64,000 nt of DNA from Azolla caroliniana. Its lineage: Eukaryota; Plantae; Polypodiophyta. Below the pieces are notes generated by a model. It was not told where the DNA came from. It did not search any database and saw nothing but the letters and a program-made list of their open reading frames with translations. Shown here piece by piece: positions 50,070 to 60,800 of the stretch (position 1 is its first letter; each line of letters opens with the position of its first letter). Both the position numbers and the translations under genes were made by a program. Where the stretch lies: NCBI GenBank assembly GCA_043228905.1, contig JBHGNT010000072.1:1-64000 (forward strand), in the 5' to 3' direction.

Positions 50070-52907
50070 TTAAGAATCTTGGTAATGAAGCCAACAATCA
50101 TTGGAATGGAAGCTTGCCATGGTGGAGTATGTGCAACTCCGAGCAATGATGGATATGGCAAATTGGAGGCATCGCGTGCAGAAGAATCTCGGAAGAGAAG
50201 GCCGACAATATGCGGTAGCGGAAGCAACATTCCCGACTCGCACTTCAAGTATCCCATTGGACCTCCCTCTCCCCACACTTGCTTGTGTTACCACCTCTCC
50301 CATCATCCATGCCACATCCCTCTCAAATTGCCCATGTGGTTCAAATCTCTCTAGACCACATATGTAGTCATAGGGTGTGGGTAAGTTTGTGATATGTTCG
50401 TTTTGTTGCGGTGATGTTGATGGCTCCCCTATTATGCTTTGCTTAGGCAGACTTATCCATGGTGCATCATGATGATGAATTGGTGATCTAGATGGTGATT
50501 TCGATGGTGATTTCGATGGTGATTTCGATGATGATCTATGTGGTGAGGTTCTTGACTTCATTGGTGTTGGAGAAGGTGATGGTGATGGAGGTTTCGATCC
50601 TATCGCCTTATTCCGATTTGTCGGGATAGTGAGATATGGTGTTTCATGTGTAGAAGAGGATGGAGATGGAGATGGAGAAAGTTCTTCCACAATTGTGGAG
50701 GGTATTGGAGGAGGGGCATATGTTATTATGCTTGATGGAGGACTAGAGGATATAATTGGGCTTGGAGGAGGAGGAGAGATGGTAGATGATATGATTGAAG
50801 GAGGGATAGAAGGAGATATACTTTCTCTAGAGGGAGATGGGGAGATGGTAGAGGATATGGTTTGACTCAAGGGAGATGGGGAGATATTTGAAGGTATGGT
50901 TTCTCTAGGGGGAGATGGGGAGATAGTAGAATATATGACTTCACTCGAGGGAGATGGAGAGATAGTAGAAGATATGACTTCACTCGAGGTAGAGGGAGAG
51001 GGAGAGGGAGAGATAGTAGAAGATATGACTTCACTCGAGGGAGAAGGGGAGATAGTAGAGAATGTGTTTGGGCTCTCACTAGAAGGAGCAATGGTAGATG
51101 GAACCGTTGGGATTGAGGGAGAAGAAGGAGAAGAAGGAGAAGAAGGAGAAGGAGAAATATTGTATGACACAATTGAACTTGAAGGAGTAGGAGAGAAGGC
51201 TCCAATTGATGTACTTGAAGTTGAGGGGGGAGGATAAGGAGCGACATTTCCCGTGTGCTTGGGATGATTTCTATGTGTGGGACTATGCTTCCAAGACGCT
51301 TTAGGATATTGAGGTTTAGAGGGATCCTCAAGTGTTGAGGGAGATGGAGGAATCGGGGACACAATGCTCGATAGTGAGCTTGAGGGAGAGGGAGAGGGAG
51401 AGGGAGAGGGAGGCGGAGGAGAGTTGGACGTCGAAGATTCAAAGCTTGAGGGCGATGGAGAATCAATAAATACAAGGCCCGAGGGAGTGTTAGACGTACT
51501 ATAGGATGAGGGAGAGGGAGTGATATAAGAGGATGCTTGAGAGGGGGAGATGGTGGGTGGAAATGTGTTTACTGGAGATGAAGATGGGGATGGAGATGGA
51601 GATGGAGTATTTGAGATAGATAATGGTGTAGGTGTCAATGCTCTAATGGGGGGAAGGGGAGTGATGCTTGGTGAAAGAGAGAAAGGAGACTCTGAAGGAG
51701 AGGGAGAGGGTACGGAGGAAGTGAGAGGGTGACCTATAGGAGGGAATGTGGCTACCGGTGGTGAAGCATTGGGGGGGTTAGAAGATGACGAAGATATTGA
51801 AGTTATAGGAACAAAATTTGATGACGATTCGAATGATGGGGGTGGGGCTATGGAGTTGCTAGGGGTCAAGGCCAAGGTTGGGGTTGGGGTTGGGGGAGAA
51901 GAATGAGGACTAAAGTTGGTGTGAGATGGAGAAAGAGATGGGGATGGGGATGGGGATGAGGGATGGGGATGGGGATGTGAAGTGGAAGGAGTGGAGTGAA
52001 CATGTGAGGGAGAAGGGGAAAGGAGATGTGAGTGAGAATTGGAAGGAGAAGGGGAAGGAGAGGAAGGTGCATGTTCTATGGAACTTGTTATGCCCTTAGG
52101 AAGAATGTTAGGGGTTGATAAAAGAGAGCTAGAAGGAGATGGAGATTTCGATGGTGGTGTTGATGGGGTTGGGGTTGGGGATAGAGAGGATATGGAACTT
52201 GTCTCATTTACAAAAATGTTAGCGGTTGATGAAAAATCATTGGATGGAGATGGGGACGGAGAGGATATGGAACTTATCTCATCGTCATGAATGTTTGGGG
52301 TTGACGAAAAATCACTGGATGATGGAGATGGAGATGGAGATGGAGTGGATATGGAACTTGTCTCATTGGCAAAAATATAAGGGGTTGACAAATAATCGCT
52401 AGATGCAGATGGAGATGGAGAGGGTATGGAACTTCTCTCATCAGTAAGAATATTTGGTGTTGACAAACTAGATGGAGATGGAGCTAGGGATAGGGATGGA
52501 GAGGATGCAGAACTTGTATCGTCAGCAAGAATGTTAGGGTTTGAAGATAAATCTCTAGAAGGAGATGGGAATGAGGATGAGGGTAATGTAGAATTCGTCT
52601 CATCAACTAGAATATTAGGGACTAGTGAAAAATCACTAGATGGAGATAGGGAGGATATAATACTTGTGTCATCGCCAAGAATGTTGGGTGTTGATGAAAA
52701 GTCACTAGGAAAAGATGGAGATGGGGGTGGGGGTTGCGAGGATATGGAACTTGTACTCTCTTCAAGAATGTTAGGGGTCAACAAAAAGTTGTTAGACGGA
52801 GATGGTGCAATTTCCTCTTGGGCGATCACATTTATGAATGTGAATTGCATATTGACTAACATAACCATTATAACAACTTTCATGGTCGTAGACCTCTTTA
52901 TTGCCAT
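50070..52907 (-). CDS. Secreted Ser/Pro-rich (AGP/extensin/mucin-like) protein with a single C-terminal DUF26/Gnk2 domain, ~945 aa, intronless
   Basis: 2.8-kb open frame from ATG 52907 (alternative ATG 52883). Signal peptide MKVVIMVMLVNMQFTFINVIA|QE, then ~800 aa of SP/TP/AP/SPn repeats. The last ~100 aa have six Cys including C-X8-C-X2-C (CRPSLPRFFCTRC) and end in DCWLHYQDS*. Confidence 0.88.
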   Translation of the reverse strand: MAIKRSTTMKVVIMVMLVNMQFTFINVIAQEEIAPSPSNNFLLTPNILEESTSSISSQPPPPSPSFPSDFSSTPNILGDDTSIISSLSPSSDFSLVPNILVDETNSTLPSSSFPSPSRDLSSNPNILADDTSSASSPSLSLAPSPSSLSTPNILTDERSSIPSPSPSASSDYLSTPYIFANETSSISTPSPSPSPSSSDFSSTPNIHDDEISSISSPSPSPSNDFSSTANIFVNETSSISSLSPTPTPSTPPSKSPSPSSSLLSTPNILPKGITSSIEHAPSSPSPSPSNSHSHLLSPSPSHVHSTPSTSHPHPHPSSPSPSPSLSPSHTNFSPHSSPPTPTPTLALTPSNSIAPPPSFESSSNFVPITSISSSSSNPPNASPPVATFPPIGHPLTSSVPSPSPSESPFSLSPSITPLPPIRALTPTPLSISNTPSPSPSPSSSPVNTFPPTISPSQASSYITPSPSSYSTSNTPSGLVFIDSPSPSSFESSTSNSPPPPSPSPSPSPSSSLSSIVSPIPPSPSTLEDPSKPQYPKASWKHSPTHRNHPKHTGNVAPYPPPSTSSTSIGAFSPTPSSSIVSYNISPSPSSPSSPSSPSIPTVPSTIAPSSESPNTFSTISPSPSSEVISSTISPSPSPSTSSEVISSTISPSPSSEVIYSTISPSPPRETIPSNISPSPLSQTISSTISPSPSRESISPSIPPSIISSTISPPPPSPIISSSPPSSIITYAPPPIPSTIVEELSPSPSPSSSTHETPYLTIPTNRNKAIGSKPPSPSPSPTPMKSRTSPHRSSSKSPSKSPSKSPSRSPIHHHDAPWISLPKQSIIGEPSTSPQQNEHITNLPTPYDYICGLERFEPHGQFERDVAWMMGEVVTQASVGRGRSNGILEVRVGNVASATAYCRPSLPRFFCTRCLQFAISIIARSCTYSTMASFHSNDCWLHYQDS

Positions 52908-54290
52908 CTTAATCCTATAAACAACAAAGACCACAATTATTAAACATGTAATTATATATCAACTACACAAAGTCATTGGATGTGGTCATAAAGAAACATG
53001 TAATAACTCTTCTTAGCATACATGTGTGAAGGATTGCTAGCTAAATTTTGCATTGAAGAGTTTAATTTAAGGGTGACAAAATTATTTTCTGCTATTGAAC
53101 CATTAATATCACAACTCCCTACTGGACCATTCTAAGTAACATTGTGCATCTTAACTCTTAACATTCTCCATTATTTGGTTATATTATTATCACGGTTCTT
53201 TGCAAGACTCTCTCAGCTTAGTATTCCAATAATTGAAATTGTATTACATATTAAATAGTGATGTTCATCATCACTTTGTTAGATGTAGTGATAAAACTCA
53301 CAACTCAACCCGTAATGTTAAAAATGTGTGAATTGTTTCAACACATGTTCATATTAAAACATGTAAACATGTGCATTTAGTTTTCATAATGTAAATAATT
53401 TTCTATCATGAAAACATGAATTTGATCCCTTGATTTTCCTATTGAAAAAGAAAATGTTAGTTATTCAGATGTTGCCCAAGCTAGAGTAGAGAACCTGCAT
53501 GTAAATGAACACATATTTTGAGAATCACTATGTAGAACCTCGTATATCCACATAGTTTCAAAGCTCGATATTTCTATTTATAATACAAGCTCACCATCAA
53601 CCTAATGAGCAACAATGAACGAGATTTTTAAATTGTATTGGTAATAACACCTTTCTTTCATGTACATTTTATATTATATGACATGTTCAATCACAATTAC
53701 AGACACAATTCTCTTTCTCTTTGTGTGGGGCAATAATATATCAATATATGAGAGTGAACTTTTCACTACTTAATTTTTTAAGTAGTGAAACTTTGAGTTT
53801 TTTTATATGGTTTCGTTAAATATATGAATGTGAAAACTATAACTTGCATATACATATGCGCAAATAAACCGTTGTAATTGAAATACCACATAATCATCAT
53901 TATGTACTAAAAGGAACAAAAAAACAATGTAATCAAAATTCCAATAACATTGTTTACTATTTAAATAAACACAACAAATGCACATGTTATAAATTAGGGT
54001 TAGTGTGATCTTGTTAGTAAACATTAAAAAGCTTTCCCAATTTTACTACACGAAGTCAGTAAATGGTTGCTCATGTGCAACACTTTGAAATGGTATTCGA
54101 AATTTCGCTTTCAGATCTCTCTAACTTTGAAGAACAAAAGGATTAGTATATTTATATGTATGGGCTTCCTTTTCAGATTTGGTTGTGTGAAAGTGTCAAT
54201 GTATGAATAGGAGGCTAAAACGAAAAACTTATGGCTAGTACTATAAAAGAAATGCACCTAATCTTGCATGTGTTCAAGAGAGCATGGTTT

Positions 54291-54294
<4 letters not shown>

Positions 54295-54330
<36 letters not shown>
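54295..54330. repeat. (CT)n microsatellite
   Basis: Directly visible. Confidence 0.9.
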
Positions 54331-54333
<3 letters not shown>

Positions 54334-55118
54334 GACGAGTTGTCATCATAGAATTGCGTGAGAAGCAAGAAAAAATATCCACAAAACACGCAAAAGTAAA
54401 ATTTTGTGGTTTAGTTGGGTTCAATATATGGGGAAATGGTTTTGAATATGGGATGCAACAATCTTGTATCATGATGCATCAATAGATTCCTCTATGACTA
54501 AGACCTTCTTGGAATGTCAGTTCATCATGACATGGGAAAAATGTGGAGGCCCATCCTCCACACGTTACACTACATATGTTGCACCAACTACAAAACACAT
54601 TCTTCGCCAAATGGGGAAACTACACAAATCAATACAAGTTAAAGCCCATCATGTTGTTTGCCATTTGAACCACTGCTTCTAAAGAACATAGTTCACACTC
54701 ATTTCAATGTGAGCCAAGACATTGGGGCACAAGTGATGAGACTATTTGACCATTTACATTTTACCCTAAAGAAGTTTGGGGGTTTAAGTATCACACTTTG
54801 ATAAAATACTCTACTTATGATCACATCTGACTATGATTTCCACGTATCTTTGAGCAAACCAAATCCTTGTATGAATGTCAGTCACAATCATTCACAATAG
54901 GGGCATTTCTTAGTAAAGTTCTTGAGTATCGAAGAACCACCTGTCACCTTCACATGTATTACGTGAAAACATAATGTTTTTGGTCTTATAGTTCATATTG
55001 GTATGCAATGGTGATAATACATTCTATCTATCTATCTCAATGTTGAGAAATATTAAGCATATTGCAAGAAAATGGTATGTATACGGCAAAACATACACTA
55101 TATCTAATACAAATCACA

Positions 55119-55328
55119 TAATATCCCTATGATGATATTCATTAACATCTTTCATCAAATTTAAACAAGCTATATGTGTATAATTTTGTGTGTATCCACA
55201 TACATATAAGTCTTGAAGACATTATCTACAACCTACTTATATGTATGTGGATTACACACAAAATTATACACATATAACTTGTTTAAATTTGATGAAAGAT
55301 GTTAATGAATATCATCATAGGGATATTA
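55119..55328. repeat. Near-perfect inverted repeat/hairpin (93-94-bp arms, 23-nt loop)
   Basis: 55119-55211 is the reverse complement of 55235-55328 except for one substitution and a 1-nt indel. Confidence 0.92.
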
Positions 55329-57267
55329 CCTAAGACTACAGGTGAGAAGCCCCAAGAAGAGGTAAAATTCCACAATCAATGAATACATACATAAATTCAT
55401 GCATAATGTATGTATAAGGGCATATTGACTATAAAGACAAATACATATCAATGGTGTTGCAAAAAATCTACAAATTGATTCAAATGAAAAAAACATCTAG
55501 GACAATGTTGTCCTTAACATCGACTATTATTATAAAACAGGTTATATATGTATATGTATAACAGTATATGTATTACAAAGACATAGACAAATGTATCTAG
55601 ATGTGGATGTAAATGTATATGAAGGTATATTATACCAACCCGTAAATCTCCACTTTAAATCATGTGGTTGTTTAGCTCGTTGTTTTCCTGCAAAAGGGAA
55701 GTGCCATCGTCCTATTAAAAGTTTTTCTTAGTGGAAAACATGAATATTCATATTTTCCTTGTTTTTCTTTGAATATCCATGTAATGATTCCAATCATTAA
55801 ACGATATGTACTTGCCTCTCCCTTGCAATAATATTTATTTACATTATGTACATGGGAGAAGTAGGTGCATTACATTTCATGATATGTACATGCTCCATTT
55901 TTTGTCCTCTCTTTGTTATTCTCCCATGTAATGACTTTCATGTTTGATTAGTGTCTTTCTCATGTCTCTTTGCTTCACCTTGTCCATATTTATTATAGAT
56001 GCTATCACATTTTATCTCCCACAACTCTCTCTTCAGGAAATATACACAATTCAAGCCTAGGGTAGGTGTCAATTACATCGAGTAATGATAAAAGCGTGAC
56101 ACAACAACAAATGTTGCTACGTCAAAGCCTATGGAGTGTTGGTCAATCTCCTTTCCTTTGTCTTCCTTGTTGCTTGCCAATGAGCATTAGGGTCTTTGGC
56201 CTTCCTTCACCTTCACAAGGGGTTCTCACATAGGGGTCCTTCATGGAATTTGCCACTTGATGAGCCTTGAACTAAAGGCTAAATGAATGCTTAATTGGGT
56301 AAAGGCCCTTAAAATGAAGACCAATACCTGAAGGCCCTTAGGCTTTAGATATTTTCTTATCCAAAGTTCTCTTCATCCCTTGTAGACATGGGTATTGCCT
56401 AGTTGGTTGGGCGTCAAATTTTCCGAAATTTGAGATTGTGGGCTCGATTCCAAGTGCTTATCAAATTATCTCCTTCATAATTTCTCCTTTAGGCTCGGAA
56501 TCATGAACAATTTTTTTCCCCATGTTACTTGCAAGGACCACAAGACAATGACGCTTTGCCATCTAAATGTACAAAATGGAATCTTGTTTCCCATGAAATT
56601 AACATATTTTGTGTGTAGTTTAATCCTCGATGCAAGGGTTTTCAATTTGAAAATTTCATGGCAATCCTCATTCAGTAGTGAATCACAATTGCAAATCTTT
56701 CTTCTAATACATAAAACTGATTGCATGGAGACAGAAATATGTTTTGACTATTGCAATCAACTTAGAGAGGTTTGTTTTTAAGATACAATCAATTTTTCTT
56801 TTACAATAATGTTCAACCATATTACATATGGTGTAAGAGATTAAGAAGATGAAAGATATAAGTTGCAACAATGTCAAGAGGAGACCCGAAACTCTTTCAC
56901 AATGTCCAACCTTGTCATAGAGGGTGTTAGAGATTAAGACAATGAAAGATATAAATTGAAAGATTGTCAAGAGAATATCATTTCCCCTAGCAAAGTTCAA
57001 ATCCTTGACCTTATAGTTCTAATGGTTAGATCTCACCATTCGAGCGATCTTTAGTTGTTCGTTTGATTCTCATCTCCTCTTTTCTCTTTTCAATTACTCC
57101 TTCAACCAAAACATTAACCTATATGAAAGGGATTTAGGAATGTTTGACCCAATGTTAATATGGCACCTTGATTGTTTCTCCCACGATGTGTGACGTTGTT
57201 GTTCATGTAAAAGAAAAGTGGGTTTTAATCCTTGAAATCCTACCCTTGCCAAGGCTCCGATAGCTAT

Positions 57268-57335
57268 GATTAGTGTGTCTTAAGCAAGATGCAAAGATGG
57301 GCGATTAGTGTGTCTTAAGCAAGATGCCAAGATGG
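57268..57335. repeat. 35-bp-period tandem duplication
   Basis: gattagtgtgtcttaagcaagatgc(a/c)aagatgg twice. Confidence 0.85.
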
Positions 57336-57755
57336 AGTGCATTGCATGTGCTTTGTACCACTTGGGCATGCTAAGGTATGTCTATAATGCTTACTTAAGA
57401 CCACCTTAAGCTCCATCGAATTCTCAATAACATCCAATCCAACTCTCTGAACAATGTACTAATCCTCATCCGAATTTCCATTTCCCTTGCATCTCTAGTG
57501 TCTACTATGGTCATGCCCAAGCAGTGGCCTAACCATGGGTGATTGATTGGTGGTGGTTCTAACGTCTAACCTTGTTGGCTAGCAAATATGCACAGAGGGG
57601 TATTTGGATAATTATTGAAAACCTAGGGGGTATTTTTGGTAATTAGTGAAAATGTAGGGGTATTTTGGTAAATAATTATGGAGGGTGCAAACTGGCATGC
57701 CATGCGGCAACTGCCTGAATACACAGACACACACACATACAGACGCAGAGACCTG

Positions 57756-57807
57756 AAACCCTAATTTCACACGGACAGAGAAGTACAGGAGACAGAAGAG
57801 AGAGCTC

Positions 57808-57856
<49 letters not shown>
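57756..57856 (+). promoter_or_regulatory. Telo-box (AAACCCTAA) plus (GA)n tract just upstream of the kinesin ATG
   Basis: AAACCCTAA at 57756-57764 and a GA repeat at ~57809-57856. Both are common plant 5' motifs; function is not shown. Confidence 0.45.
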
Positions 57857-57860
<4 letters not shown>

Positions 57861-57864
57861 AGAT

Positions 57865-60800
57865 ATGGCGGCGGAAGGAGGCGCTTCCAACATTCAGATA
57901 TACTTGCGAATGCGACCTATATCGGGAAACCCCGCGACTTATGAGATCGATCCCGATGAAGGTAGAGTGCAGTGGCATGTGCCCCGCCATATCTCCCTCG
58001 GCATGGTGAACCATCAGAAGGAGCGATACGATTTCCTCTTCAACCATATCTTCGATATAGATGGCAAGCAAGAGGATGTTTTCGAGAAAGTTGCTCAGAA
58101 GGTTAGCTGCTACACCCATACTTTTTCTTCTGTATATATGTATGTTTATACCTATGCATATGCCTGTATATAGGTGTAGGTAATTGTATCCGTATAGCTG
58201 TATTGTGTGTTTATACCTATGCATATGCCTTATGTATTCGTACCTATATACATGTACGTATGTAGATTTTATTTGCATGTATATAAATCGTATTATCATT
58301 CTAAAGGCCAAATAAGTGACCCATGTGACCCAAAGATGTATGTATATAAATAGTATTATCATTCTGAAGGTCAAATAAGTGACCCATGTGACCCAAAGAA
58401 CTATTTCTATGTAGTGTTTGGAGGTAATAAGGGATTTTTGATAAATCCATCAGTGCTTATTCTGTATCCAGTTTGATATTTTCTGTTGTGCCCACTAGAT
58501 TCTTCTCTGTTTGGGTGATCTCTAGACATGAACTGTTAGTGATCCATTGAAATGGACGCAGAACATCTATCTTCATGCCATGTAAGTGAAACAATTGTTG
58601 CATTTGAGCATATTAATAATAATTGCCCCCTGGTTTGTCTAGTTTTTTGGATGAATTAAGTAAATCAGTTCTCCAGTAGGCTTCCATCAGTGGGGGTGAG
58701 AGCAGCCCCAATAGGATCAAGGCATTATTCCAATCTGTGATCAATATTCAATGGATTTGGGAGCTCTGTGAGCAAATCTACTCAAGAACGGTACTGATGT
58801 CATCAAACCAACTTGTTGAACTTGGTAATACATTTTTGGTATCCTGAAATGCGAGAATGGTTCAAGTTGAACAACATAAGTATAAACATACTTAACCCTG
58901 TGGATTGTCCACATCAAAACATGACTAAGTGTAAAATAATAGATTGGTTTGAGCTGATATCATTAATTGGATAATGAGAGAGTGTGGAGGAACTCCACAA
59001 CTTCTCTTGGTAGGAAGATGGCCCCATTGTAAGGCACTCTTTTCAAACACATAGCGAGCTGGATTTATTCCCAGGCTTTCTTATATGGATATACATCTGT
59101 CATGTCTGCTGCAGTGTGATAGGGAAGCACATCTGTTAGAAATTGAGATAGGCATGTATGCAGTCAAATCTATGGGATAATGTATCTTCCAATTGTCTCG
59201 TTGTGGGTGGAATCGGAAAAACATTGTTTGCTACGGTGATATTACTGCCTTCTTGAACAAGCTTTGGCCCACTACACAAGTAAATGGAGTATGGAGGTAG
59301 TGTTTGGGACAGTTCTTGCCAGAACTGAAGATATGTAGAGAGAGGTTGAATGACAGCAACACAACCACAATAACTCATCAACAGAGGACAATCATGACTT
59401 GTTTCAGCTCCATCACTCCTTATACCACAAGTCAATCAAGGACCAGACAAGTGGGGTCTTGATGAGGAGAATTGAAAGAGATTACAACAGAAAAGGTAAT
59501 AGCAGTTTGTCATGAACGTAGGTCATGACCATTTTAGACCGTGGCCTTGCCATCCTTATCTTTGGAAAATAAAGGTCATTATCCACATCTTGGAATGGCC
59601 CATGTTAGAGATTTTTCGAATCCAAAAGTGTCATCTATCTACTTCTAGAATCTTAAATGCTTAGATAACTAGATTCTTTACTTACTATATTTAGTTATAT
59701 TTGTTTTGGTCTATTTTTCTTAAAGACGAGACAACATTTTAAGATGGAATCTTTTGTTTGGTGTCTTAAAATACCTCAATACAGTTCACTTTCTTTCTTT
59801 CTATTAATGTCACAACCTGAAACAAAGCCTCTATACAATTTGGGGACACCTTTTCTCAGCTTCAAATAATGCCCCTCATAAAGAGACTGTGGCCTGCTAG
59901 AATCCTGCTAGAGATTTTGAACACAGTAATATCTGCAGATAGTGATATAGTGATGAGTGCTGTAAGGAAGAACCGTGCGATGCTCAATCTATCTGATTAG
60001 TTAGATATCTCACAATACAAGCTTGAAGAGAGAGTAAGTTCAACCTTAAGTACTTTCTGATTGAGCCAGCAATTAGTTAACATGTCACCTTGGAAGAAAT
60101 CTCCTGCTAAAGAAGAAATATCTTTTTAAGACTTGGGCTCACTAAGACCTATTTTCACACCCAAGAAGCTAAATTTCCTATAAGCAAGGAATAGGACACC
60201 CTGAAAACCCCAATGAACTCTGACCATTTTGGTGAGAGGCAGAGATTGATGGAGAGGGAGGGAGAGAAATGAAATGTAACATTGAGGTTTGGAACAAATT
60301 ATTATGGAATTGTATTTTTATTTGCAGGTTGTGCTAGGAGCTTTGGATGGTTATAATGGGACGATCTTTGCTTATGGGCAGACAGGATCAGGAAAGACTT
60401 TCACAATTACTGGTGGTGCTGAAAGATACGTTGATAGAGGGATTATACCTCGAGCTATCTCCCTAATTTATAGTGAGTTGGGAAAGAGAAGTAACTATAC
60501 ATATACAATACATTTCTCATATCTCGAAATCTACAATGAAACTGGGATTGATTTGCTGAATCCTGATCATGAAACAAAGGCTTTAGAAGAGTTGCCTAAG
60601 GTTCTTTTATTTCTCAATCAATCTAGTAGTAAGTTAAGGTTATGTTATTTTTCTGCCTGTCTAAATGATGACATTATCAAGCTAATTATTTAATTTTCTA
60701 GAATATAAGGATATACACACTCTTTCTCTTTCTCTCTCTCCCGCCATCGTAGGTGCTTCCCTCGCTTCGGAGACATTTCCATTTTGGATTACCTATGCTA

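Noticed and set aside
36206-52907. Idea of a biosynthetic or defence gene cluster (HMGS with neighbours)
   Set aside because: No other pathway enzymes are present; the neighbours have unrelated functions.
50629-52920. Plus-strand Gly/Glu/Asp-rich ORFs and the alternative-frame Leu/Pro ORF 50867-51475
   Set aside because: Shadows of the repetitive Ser/Pro codons of the real minus-strand gene.
56050-57560. Possible decayed retroelement coding region (ORFs 56475-57000)
   Set aside because: No recognisable catalytic motif; too degraded to call.
57694-57711. X-box-like ATGCCATGCGGCAAC upstream of a ciliary gene
   Set aside because: Imperfect match, plants are not known to have RFX factors, and similar strings occur by chance elsewhere in the window (e.g. 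~46755).
57791-57808. GACAGAAGAGAGAGCTC resembles miR156/529
   Set aside because: Partial match beside a GA tract, no fold-back partner, and in the wrong orientation to be a target site in the kinesin mRNA.
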